Shown: positions 26,114-34,547 of the stretch, piece after piece | How positions within the stretch are numbered: position 1 is the first letter of the stretch | How the letters are laid out: every line of letters starts with the position of its first letter | From: Deltaproteobacteria bacterium | GTDB lineage: Bacteria; Desulfobacterota; Desulfobacteria; Desulfobacterales; ETH-SRB1 | DNA: 64,000 bases | NCBI GenBank assembly: GCA_030262895.1 | Contig: JAJSZW010000003.1 | Span: 3,076-67,075 of the forward strand | Reading direction: 5' to 3' | Position numbers and translations under genes: made by a program | Notes under the pieces: model-generated | Told to the model about the DNA's origin: nothing | Database searches by the model: none | Seen by the model: the letters and a program-made list of their open reading frames with translations, nothing else

Positions 26114-27157
26114 ATGAAAAACATTCTAGTTACAGGTGGTTGTGGGTTTATTGGATCAAATTTTATTCATTATCTGCTTGAACAACCTGATTTTACCGGC
26201 AGGATAATAAACGTTGATAAATTGACCTATGCTGGAAATCCTGAAAACCTGACGGGAATTGCTGAAAGATTTTCTAAACAGTATGATTTTATTAAGGCAG
26301 ACATATGTGATCGTGAAGCCATGTCTGAAATTTTTAATAATTATAAAATTGATACTGTTTGCCATTTTGCTGCTGAATCGCATGTTGATAGATCTATTGC
26401 CGAGCCTGATTCTTTTATAAAAACAAACATTTTCGGCACATTTAATCTGCTTGAACTTTCCAGAAACAGGGTGGATCTTTTTCATCATATAAGTACTGAC
26501 GAAGTCTATGGCTCTCTTGGAGAGGATGGTTTTTTTACCGAGGCTACCCCTTACAGACCCAATAGTCCATATTCAGCTTCAAAGGCATCTTCTGATCACC
26601 TTGTAAGGGCTTACAATAAAACATACTCTTTGCCGGTAACGATTTCCAATTGCTCAAACAATTATGGCCCTTATCAGTTTCCCGAAAAACTGATTCCTCT
26701 TATTATACTAAATTCCCTTGAAGGAAGGCCCCTTCCTGTTTATGGCGATGGCAGGAATGTAAGAGACTGGTTGTATGTAAAGGACCATTGCAGGGCTGTT
26801 TGGTTGATAATGAAAAATGGAAAACGCGGTGAAACATATAATATCGGCGGCAACTGTGAAATGCGCAATATAGATATTGTCAGGATGATATGTGATATTA
26901 TGGATGAGATGGTACCCAGAGATGATAGTATGCCAAGAAGGGACATGATAACCTTTGTAAAAGATCGGCCAGGACATGATCTAAGATATGCCATTGATTT
27001 TAGCAAACTGCAAAAGGAATTGGGCTGGCAGCCTGATGAATCGTTTGAATCAGGAATAAGAAAAACAATTAAATGGTATATCGATAATAAAGGTTGGGTA
27101 GATAGAGTAAAAAGCGGAGAATATATGTCTTGGATAGAGAGGCATTATAATTTATAG
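26114..27157 (+). CDS. rfbB: dTDP-glucose 4,6-dehydratase
   Basis: MKNILVTGGCGFIGSNF and YSASKASSDHL (YxxxK) motifs, about 347 aa. Start taken at the internal ATG of listed ORF 26066..27157. Confidence 0.9.
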   Translation: MKNILVTGGCGFIGSNFIHYLLEQPDFTGRIINVDKLTYAGNPENLTGIAERFSKQYDFIKADICDREAMSEIFNNYKIDTVCHFAAESHVDRSIAEPDSFIKTNIFGTFNLLELSRNRVDLFHHISTDEVYGSLGEDGFFTEATPYRPNSPYSASKASSDHLVRAYNKTYSLPVTISNCSNNYGPYQFPEKLIPLIILNSLEGRPLPVYGDGRNVRDWLYVKDHCRAVWLIMKNGKRGETYNIGGNCEMRNIDIVRMICDIMDEMVPRDDSMPRRDMITFVKDRPGHDLRYAIDFSKLQKELGWQPDESFESGIRKTIKWYIDNKGWVDRVKSGEYMSWIERHYNL

Positions 27158-27328
27158 ATAATTGTTTATTACAATATGTTATGTCTAACCAGCTCTTACT
27201 AAACGGCATCATCGCCCATTACACAATTCAAGCCTAACTATTATGCCGGCTAAGGAGAGGTCGGATATATACTACAGGAGCATTTTGAAAAGTTGCAAAA
27301 CTTTTTTTAAGAAACCATCAATTTTAAT

Positions 27329-28147
27329 ATGAAAAAAAACAGTTCTTTAGGAAAATATCGTGAAACACTTCATGAAATTATTTTTGAGGCTGATACACCA
27401 GCAGGTAAATTATTTGATATAATTTTAATTGTAAGTATCGTGCTTAGCGTAATGGTTGTAATGTTGGACAGTGTGAGCACGATCCGAAATTCATACAGCG
27501 GCTTTTTAGTTTTAAGCGAATGGTTTTTCACCTTTCTTTTCACAATTGAGTATTTTTTTAGGTTATCCTGTGTCGGTCGTCCTTTTAAGTATGCAACCAG
27601 CTTTTTTGGAATAGTAGATCTTCTGGCAATAATCCCGACCTATTTAAGCCTTTTTCTGCCTGGAAGCCAGTTCCTTATTGTTATTAGGATTCTTCGACTT
27701 CTTCGAATATTTCGGGTTTTCAAACTGGTTCAGTATCTTGTTGAAATCAGGGTGCTTAACCAGGCTCTGCGTGCAAGCCTGCGGAAAATTATTGTATTTT
27801 TATTTACTGTTTTTGCACTGGTGATAATTTTCGGTTCCATGATGTATGTCATAGAAGGCGAACAAAATGGTTTTACAAGCATCCCTCGAAGTATTTACTG
27901 GTCTATCGTAACGCTTACTACAGTCGGCTATGGAGATATATCGCCTAAAACAGGTTTCGGTCAGGCTCTGGCTGCTGTCATCATGATTATCGGTTATGCA
28001 ATAATTGCCGTACCTACAGGGATTGTAACAACTGAAATTGCTCGAGCCGCCGGAAGAAAGGTTTCCACTCAGGCGTGCCGGGTTTGCAGCGCAGAAGGCC
28101 ATGACATAGATGCGAAGTGCTGCAAATACTGCGGAGCAAAACTTTAA
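27329..28147 (+). CDS. voltage-gated-type (6TM) potassium channel with C-terminal zinc-ribbon
   Basis: S4-like RILRLLRIFRVFKL, selectivity filter TTVGYGD and C-terminal CRVCSAEGH..CCKYCGAKL. Confidence 0.85.
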   Translation: MKKNSSLGKYRETLHEIIFEADTPAGKLFDIILIVSIVLSVMVVMLDSVSTIRNSYSGFLVLSEWFFTFLFTIEYFFRLSCVGRPFKYATSFFGIVDLLAIIPTYLSLFLPGSQFLIVIRILRLLRIFRVFKLVQYLVEIRVLNQALRASLRKIIVFLFTVFALVIIFGSMMYVIEGEQNGFTSIPRSIYWSIVTLTTVGYGDISPKTGFGQALAAVIMIIGYAIIAVPTGIVTTEIARAAGRKVSTQACRVCSAEGHDIDAKCCKYCGAKL

Positions 28148-28377
28148 GTCCTTTGAAAAGCACTCCTTTTGGTCTCCCGCTACTGACGGAATGTCTGATT
28201 AAATGCTTTGAACTTGCTTTATAAACTCAAAAGATGTCCCCTTAGCACACTCCCTCCTATACGCAGAAATTAATACCAATGAGAATTGTTTTGATCTTAT
28301 GAGCATATTTTTCATTGACACCAGTCAATCTAAGCTTTATATTATGCTCAAATGAGCGTAACAGGAGAGAATATTCA

Positions 28378-28716
28378 ATGCCCCGACCCAAAAAGCCCAG
28401 ATTTGTATCCGCCTATCCGGCCATCGCTGCTTTTGTTCCTCAGGGAGTGACCGTTACCGGCGAGATTTTTATGTCCGTGGAAGAACTGGAAGCCATCAGG
28501 CTGAGCGATTTTGAACACCTGGATCAGGAAACGGCCGCAAATATGATGGAGGTATCCCGGCATACCTACGGCCGAATTCTTGCCAATGCCCGCAGCATCG
28601 TAGCAGAAGCCCTGGTTACCGGAAAAGCCCTGAAAATCGGGGGCGGTGCATATGAATTTCGCGGCATGGGCGGGCGTCGACGCAGAAGGGGCGGAAGAGG
28701 GCATGGAAGGAGGTGA
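28378..28716 (+). CDS. DUF134 (UPF0251) family protein
   Basis: MPRPKKPRFVS..F.PQG...GEIFMSVEELEAIRLSDFEHLDQETAANMMEVSRHTYGRIL..AR matches the DUF134 pattern. It has an Arg/Gly tail. ATG at 28378 follows aggagag. Confidence 0.85.
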   Translation: MPRPKKPRFVSAYPAIAAFVPQGVTVTGEIFMSVEELEAIRLSDFEHLDQETAANMMEVSRHTYGRILANARSIVAEALVTGKALKIGGGAYEFRGMGGRRRRRGGRGHGRR

Positions 28717-28721
28717 GCGAT

Positions 28722-28928
28722 ATGCCACAAAGAGATAGAACAGGCCCCCAGGGCCAGGGCCCGAAGACGGGACAAGGCCGTGGGAAATGTGGTCCTAAGG
28801 GCGGAAGCCCTGCGCCACAGAGTCAAGGCGGTATGGAAACCGTCGGAGGACAGAGAGCAGGCAGGGGTGCCGGCCAAGGTCAGGGAAAAGGCAGAGGAGT
28901 GGGACAAGGCCGTGGTAACAGACGGTAA
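28722..28928 (+). CDS. Gly/Arg/Gln-rich DUF5320-like protein lacking the coiled-coil tail
   Basis: MPQRDRTGPQGQGPKTGQGRGKC matches the DUF5320 N-terminal signature (MP..D.TGP.G.GP.TG.G.G.C). The rest is low-complexity GQGRG. Confidence 0.65.
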   Translation: MPQRDRTGPQGQGPKTGQGRGKCGPKGGSPAPQSQGGMETVGGQRAGRGAGQGQGKGRGVGQGRGNRR

Positions 28929-28963
28929 ACGGTAATCATTCAATCCAAAACAAAATTACATTG

Positions 28964-29144
28964 AGGGCTCGGTCAAAAATAACCTGGTAGAATTTGCGCC
29001 CGAATTTGCCGTAGATTTAATCGATCTGATTGAGCAAAACCGCAGGAATAGCGGGTTATTTCGAGGACTTTTGTGATTGAAGATCGGTTAAAGATATGGT
29101 GAAGTCGGGATGCAAAAATGCCAAGTTATTTTTTACCGGGCCCT
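28964..29144. repeat. MITE-like element, family D
   Basis: Termini agggctcggtcaaaaataac / gttattttttaccgggccct. The core aaccgcaggaata..atttcgagg is shared with 3180-3316. Confidence 0.7.
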
Positions 29145-29158
29145 AAGGAGGTAATACT

Positions 29159-29518
29159 ATGCCAGGATTTGATCAAACAGGTCCGACGGGTGCCGGCCCC
29201 ATGACCGGCGGAGCCAGGGGCCTTTGTAATCCTGCAAATGCGGGATACAATCCCAGGTTCACTGAAGGCTTTAGCTATGGTAGAGGTTTAGGGCTAAGAC
29301 GCGGATTTAGAGGTGGATTCGGCCCAGACCGGGGTTGGGGGCGCGGTTTTGGCAGAGGGTACGAATGGTATCCGCCTGCTGTTGGCCCGGCTTATCCGGA
29401 GGGCGCATCCGACAAGATAGACATGCTAAAGGCTGACGCCGATTACATGCAAAAATCATTGGATGCTATCAATAAACGAATTGAGAAATTGGAAAAGAAA
29501 CCTTCCGTATCATCTTAA
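29159..29518 (+). CDS. DUF5320 family protein
   Basis: MPGFDQTGPTGAGPMTGGARGLC N-terminal signature plus a C-terminal coiled-coil (ADADYMQKSLDAINKRIEKLEKK). Confidence 0.8.
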   Translation: MPGFDQTGPTGAGPMTGGARGLCNPANAGYNPRFTEGFSYGRGLGLRRGFRGGFGPDRGWGRGFGRGYEWYPPAVGPAYPEGASDKIDMLKADADYMQKSLDAINKRIEKLEKKPSVSS

Positions 29519-29557
29519 TTGAGCCGCAGTGCCGGGAGGCTGCATGATACTAAATGA

Positions 29558-29594
29558 ATTAAGGGGTGGTAAATATACTGCCCCTTAATTTTTA
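29558..29594 (+). terminator. Rho-independent terminator
   Basis: attaagggg / ccccttaat stem followed by ttttt, 40 nt after the stop. Confidence 0.75.
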
Positions 29595-29632
29595 ACTCAC
29601 CTGCAATTTAAATTAAGTATTTTGGGTAATCA

Positions 29633-29722
29633 TCAGACATCCAGATCATCAAGAGGACTCAAGACACCATGTCCTCCTTGTTTCAATACATGGGTGTAGA
29701 CCATGGTGAGCGATGAGTCGCT
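29633..29722 (-). pseudogene. last about 29 codons of an integron-integrase-like tyrosine recombinase
   Basis: The minus strand reads SDSSLTMVYTHVLKQGGHGVLSPLDDLDV-stop. Compare the IntI1 C-terminus [26 protein letters not shown]. No upstream part of the gene remains. Confidence 0.6.
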
Positions 29723-29966
29723 GCGATTTGGAAAATAAAAAGCATCGCCAGGCAGCGGTGCGGTTTTGCCGCCGATTGAATCAAACAGGAATAAAGCTGA
29801 TGGGACGACTGAAACTTAAGCCGGCTTTTTATGTTTCTCAGTATCCAATGCATGGATCAACTGCAACGCCGATACTGTGCATAATTTAACATAAGAAATC
29901 GGCCCATTTACCGTGATGTCTGACAATAAACTTTTTAAGGGTTCATTAAAACAGGAATTTTGATTA

Positions 29967-32900
29967 ATGAAATTTATTACAGATCTTCATGTTCATTCTA
30001 AATTTTCAAGAGCAACATCAAAAAATATGGATCTTGAAAATCTATATATTTCAGCTCAACTTAAAGGAATAACGGTTATCGGAACCGGCGATTTTACACA
30101 TAATGGATGGTTTTCAGAAATAAAAGAGAAATTACAGCCGGCCGAGGAAGGACTTTTTAAACTAAAAGATGAATTATCTCAAAAATGCGATGAAAAAGTT
30201 CCATTATCATGCCGCAATAAAGTCCGCTTTCTTTTAACTTCAGAAATCAGCAATATATATAAGAAAAATAATAAAACCCGAAAAAATCATAATCTTATAT
30301 TTATGCCTGATCTTGATTCCGTATATAATTTAAATTTAAAGTTAGATAAAATCGGTAACATAAAATCAGATGGAAGGCCTATTCTTGGTTTAGATGCCAG
30401 GGATCTTCTGGAGATAATTCTTGAAACATCAGAATCAGCACTCTTTATACCCGCTCACATATGGACCCCCTGGTTTTCGCTTTTTGGTTCAAAGTCAGGT
30501 TTTGATTCCATTGAAGAGTGTTTTGAAGATCTTTCTAATTATATTTATGCTGCGGAGACGGGTCTTTCTTCAGATCCACCGATGAACTGGAGGGTTTCAG
30601 GGCTGGACGGTCTTACGCTTGTATCAAATTCTGATGCCCATTCCCCTTTTAATCTCGGCAGGGAAGCGAATATTTTTAATACAAGCCTTTCTTATCCAAA
30701 TATTATATCGGCAATAAAATCAGGTAATCCAGGAGAATTTTTAGGAACATTCGAGTTTTATCCTGAGGAGGGGAAGTACCATCTTGACGGACACAGAAAA
30801 TGCAAAGTTTGTTTAAAGCCAAACCAGAGTATAGCAAATAACGGTTTGTGTAATGTATGTGGAAAACCCCTGACTCTCGGCGTATTATACAGGGTTGAAG
30901 AGTTGGCGGACCGACCCGAAGGTTTAAAACCGGAAAAATCACATCCATATTATAATGTTGTTCCTCTCGCAGAAATATTATCGGAAATTTTAAATGTAGG
31001 ACCAAAATCTAAAAAAGTTCAACGAAACTATATGGCTGCGCTCGAATCACTTGGGCCGGAATTTAAAATACTACATAATCTTTCTATAAATAATATTGAA
31101 AAAGCGGGTATTCCTTTACTTGGAGAGGCCGTTAGTCGGATGCGCGAAAAAAGAGTTGCTGTCTTTCCCGGCTATGATGGGGAATATGGAAAGGTAAAAA
31201 TTTTCAGACAGGGCGAGAAGGAAAAACTTTTAGGACAAAAACAACTGTTTGTTGTTCCTGAAGAGACAACTTCCCTTGTAGCAGACACTTTGGTTAAACC
31301 CTTAACGCATCAAAAAATCTGTAAAATTCCCAAAAAACCGGACCAAACAAAATATACTAAGCAAAAGCAAACAGCAGCTCCGCTTAATAAAGACCAGCTT
31401 AAAGCGGTTAAGCATAAAAAAGGCCCCTTGTTGATTGTAGCCGGCCCTGGCACAGGTAAAACACTTACACTCACACACAGAATCGCTTATATCATCACGG
31501 AAAGAAAGGTTTCGACCGGAAATATACTTGCTGTAACATTTACAAATAAAGCAGCTCAGGAAATGAGGGACAGGCTTTTGTTGTTAATGGATAGCTCAAA
31601 AAAGCTGCCGGAAGTTACTACATTTCATGCTTTTTGTTTTAAAATTTTAAAAGATCTGAATAACGATAAAAATTATACGATAATAGATGATTATGATCGA
31701 AAGGCACTAATAATAGAGGCAATAAAACAGGCTGAAATTAAAGGAGTTAAAGTTTCAACAAAGCCCTCAGCCCTGTTAAATATGATTGTTTTTGCCAAAC
31801 AAAACATACTTTCTCCGCAAGATAATTTAAAAGAAATAAATGAGTCGGAAACAGAAGAGCTTTCAGCTATCTATAAGGAATATCAAAGCATTTTATCAAT
31901 CCAGGGACTTTACGATTATGAAGATTTGATTTTTAATATAGTAAAGCTGTTAGAATCAGACATGGATTTTTGTAAAAAATATCAAGACAAATATAAATAT
32001 ATATTTATTGACGAATATCAGGATCTAAACCAGGGGCAATATAGAATTATAAAAGCCCTTACAAAGCCTGACAGTAATATATGTGTTATAGGTGATCCCG
32101 ACCAGTCAATATATGGATTCAGGGGTTCGGATGTTCGTTATTTTAAGAGCTTTCTTAGAGACTACCCCGAAGCTAAGGTTATAAATCTAAATCAAAACTA
32201 TCGATCAACCGAAACCATACTTGAGGCGTCATATCAGACCATAAAAAACCATAGAGATTTCAATGTATTAGGTTCGGCCGCACGTGTTTATTCTGATATT
32301 AAAGGTACAAAAACAATAAACATCATTGAGCTTGTTTCGGAAAAGGCCGAGGCCGTAGCTATTGGCAAGATAATCGAAAAAATGGTGGGAGGAATTGGAT
32401 TTCATTCTATTGACTACGGAAGCGTTGATAGTTCTTGTACAAAAAAACAGATGGGTTTTTCTGATTTTGCCGTGTTGTTTAGATCCTGGATTCAAAGCAA
32501 GATCATTGCAGATGTTTTTGATAATGCCAATATTCCATATCAGATAATAAGCAGAGAAAATGCTTTTAATTTAAAGGGTGTTTCGGAGCTGTTATCTTTT
32601 TCGAAAATAATTGACGATAAAGGTTCTTATATTGATTTTGAAAGAATTATAGATTTAACAAAACCAGGTATCGGTAAAAAAAACCTAATAATATTCAAAA
32701 CATGGTGTTATAAAAACAAATTTTCGCTTAAAGAAGCTATGTTAAAAACTTGTCGTTTTCCTGTTGATGGTATGAGCAGGTCAAGCCAGCAGAAGCTTTA
32801 TGGTTTTATTAATAACATCTTAAAAATAAAAGAAAAGATTAAAGATTTGAGCCTTGAGGAAAAACTTTTGTATTTATCTGAAAAAACAAAAATCAAAGAT

Positions 32901-33359
32901 ATAATTACAGAACAAGCCTTAAACAACACAATTGTTGTGACACGTAATCCGGATGTAAAATCCAGCGACTTTTTTTCATCAATAGCGCTTCATACAGATA
33001 CGGATATTTATTCCTCCCGGGCAGAAAAAGTCTCACTGATGACCATGCACACAGCCAAAGGTCTTGAGTTTCCGGTGGTTTTTATTGCCGGTAGCGAAGA
33101 TGGGTTTATGCCAATGAAAAGATATGGAGATGAAGAACCGGACATTGACGAAGAAAGAAGGTTGTTTTATGTAGCAATGACTCGTGCAAGAGAAAAACTT
33201 TATTTTACATATGCAAAAAAACGCAGGGTTTATGGAAAGATGATTGCAAGAGAGGTCTCTCCGTTTATAAACGATATAGAAATGAGCTTAATAAAACATG
33301 AAGAGAGCCATTTTAAAAAAACAAAAAAGAAAACCGGCACGCAGTTGAAATTGTTTTAA
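29967..33359 (+). CDS. endonuclease-Q-like (PHP-fold + zinc knuckle) domain fused to a UvrD/PcrA-type SF1 helicase
   Basis: N-terminal part: DLHVHSKFSRATS, GTGDFTH, PAHIWTPW, NSDAHS, HRKCKVC..CNVCGKPLTLGVLYRVEELA. C-terminal part: AGPGTGKT, IDEYQD, TMHTAKGLEF, YVAMTRAR. Confidence 0.85.
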   Translation: MKFITDLHVHSKFSRATSKNMDLENLYISAQLKGITVIGTGDFTHNGWFSEIKEKLQPAEEGLFKLKDELSQKCDEKVPLSCRNKVRFLLTSEISNIYKKNNKTRKNHNLIFMPDLDSVYNLNLKLDKIGNIKSDGRPILGLDARDLLEIILETSESALFIPAHIWTPWFSLFGSKSGFDSIEECFEDLSNYIYAAETGLSSDPPMNWRVSGLDGLTLVSNSDAHSPFNLGREANIFNTSLSYPNIISAIKSGNPGEFLGTFEFYPEEGKYHLDGHRKCKVCLKPNQSIANNGLCNVCGKPLTLGVLYRVEELADRPEGLKPEKSHPYYNVVPLAEILSEILNVGPKSKKVQRNYMAALESLGPEFKILHNLSINNIEKAGIPLLGEAVSRMREKRVAVFPGYDGEYGKVKIFRQGEKEKLLGQKQLFVVPEETTSLVADTLVKPLTHQKICKIPKKPDQTKYTKQKQTAAPLNKDQLKAVKHKKGPLLIVAGPGTGKTLTLTHRIAYIITERKVSTGNILAVTFTNKAAQEMRDRLLLLMDSSKKLPEVTTFHAFCFKILKDLNNDKNYTIIDDYDRKALIIEAIKQAEIKGVKVSTKPSALLNMIVFAKQNILSPQDNLKEINESETEELSAIYKEYQSILSIQGLYDYEDLIFNIVKLLESDMDFCKKYQDKYKYIFIDEYQDLNQGQYRIIKALTKPDSNICVIGDPDQSIYGFRGSDVRYFKSFLRDYPEAKVINLNQNYRSTETILEASYQTIKNHRDFNVLGSAARVYSDIKGTKTINIIELVSEKAEAVAIGKIIEKMVGGIGFHSIDYGSVDSSCTKKQMGFSDFAVLFRSWIQSKIIADVFDNANIPYQIISRENAFNLKGVSELLSFSKIIDDKGSYIDFERIIDLTKPGIGKKNLIIFKTWCYKNKFSLKEAMLKTCRFPVDGMSRSSQQKLYGFINNILKIKEKIKDLSLEEKLLYLSEKTKIKDIITEQALNNTIVVTRNPDVKSSDFFSSIALHTDTDIYSSRAEKVSLMTMHTAKGLEFPVVFIAGSEDGFMPMKRYGDEEPDIDEERRLFYVAMTRAREKLYFTYAKKRRVYGKMIAREVSPFINDIEMSLIKHEESHFKKTKKKTGTQLKLF

Positions 33360-33459
33360 TCCACAGATTACGCAGATTTCACAGATCGAAGCCCTCAACA
33401 ATTTCTCAATTTGGGTTTAAATTTTCGACTGTTTGATAGAATAGATAGGGAGCTTAGAT

Positions 33460-33678
33460 ATGAATATTGCTGATGAAACAACGGCTAAGGAAGCTATAGA
33501 TATGTGGCGCAACAAAGACCCAAAAGAACAATTACGACAAATTCGACTATCAATTGAAACCCTGGAACTAAACCAGATGCATTATGAAAATAGAGGAAAC
33601 GAGAAAGGAGTTATAAGATCTGAAAACGCAATAGATATACTGATCCAGAGAAGAAAAGAAATAGAGTCCGAATTATAA
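33460..33678 (+). CDS. hypothetical protein (72 aa)
   Basis: ORF preceded by agggag. No family recognised. Confidence 0.45.
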   Translation: MNIADETTAKEAIDMWRNKDPKEQLRQIRLSIETLELNQMHYENRGNEKGVIRSENAIDILIQRRKEIESEL

Positions 33679-33688
33679 CTCACATGTA

Positions 33689-33740
33689 TTTTTTACTCGA
33701 CCCGCACCAACCTTTTGCGCATCAAGGACTTGCGAAAAGC
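33689..33740. repeat. Partial copy of one arm of the 2768-3084 palindromic element
   Basis: ttttttactcgacccgcaccaaccttttgcgcatcaaggacttgcgaaaagc compared with 2786-2837. Confidence 0.8.
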
Positions 33741-33742
33741 AC

Positions 33743-34418
33743 ATGAAAAAGACTTTTGATATAAAAGTTTTCATATCAGGCAGAGAATTCTGTTGTGAGG
33801 AGTGTTATGGAAATCTTGGACGAAAGGCCTGGATTACACTCGTAAAAGACAAAGGAGCGCTCTGTTTATCATGCGCTGACCTTGATCATCTTGTATTTTT
33901 GCCGGCTGGTGATGCTGCGCTGACGCGACGTGCACGAAAACATTCAACCTTATCGGCTAGTGGTCTTAAAGTGGAGCCGCGCCCGAAAACGATATGAAAG
34001 ACAAGGTCTTCTTGTCGAAGTCGAGGCGCTTGAACAGGCCGAACAAGAATGTCTCGCTGACAGTGAGGTTAGAGCACGCCGAGGAGAACGTGCCGCAGCA
34101 CAGCGGGCCGAGCTCGATCAACAATACATAGAGCAGTTTGCCCGACAAGTACGTAAACTTTTTCCTGGGTGCCCGCCTGGAAGGGAATTGAGCATTGCCG
34201 AACACGCTTGTCTGAAATACAGTGGCCGTGTCGGTCGTTCGGCAGCAGCCAAATCATTTGACAAGCAAGCCATTCAATTGGCTGTAATCGCACATATTCG
34301 ACATGCTGAGACAAAATATGATTTCTTTCTTGCAAAAGGGTACGATAGATTTGATGCACGAGCCGCAGTAAAAGATTCAGTCGATCAGATCCTGATGCAG
34401 TGGAGAGAACTCGACTGA
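33743..34418 (+). pseudogene. DUF2293-family gene split by a +1 frameshift near 33959
   Basis: ORF 33743..33997 ends ..TRRARKHSTLSA and ORF 33930..34418 continues VVLKWSRARKRYERQG..IRHAETKYDFFLAKGYDRFDARAAV. Removing the single a at 33959 joins them. Confidence 0.7.
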
Positions 34419-34547
34419 AAAACACTACCAAAACCAGCTCGAAGAAATTTAAATTATTAATAGTTTCAATTTGAATTTGATGTTTAGTCAGAGAGCGACT
34501 TGGCTATTTATAATATAAAGAGATAATTGCTAATATAAAAAATAAAA

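Noticed and set aside
28375-28943. Long antisense ORFs (117 and 125 aa) opposite the DUF134/DUF5320 genes
   Set aside because: The block is GC-rich, so stop codons are rare in all frames. The products are Pro/Ala/Ser low-complexity sequences with no start context, while the sense-strand genes have family signatures and SD sites.
29801-29890. 29-aa plus-strand ORF MGRLKLKPAFYVSQYPMHGSTATPILCII between the integrase relic and the EndoQ::UvrD gene
   Set aside because: It has no SD and no recognisable family, and it is too short. It may be debris of the lost element.
33966-34431. Antisense ORFs of 79 and 120 aa opposite the DUF2293 pseudogene
   Set aside because: This is a GC-rich segment, and the sense strand carries the recognisable family sequence. 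The antisense products have no features.
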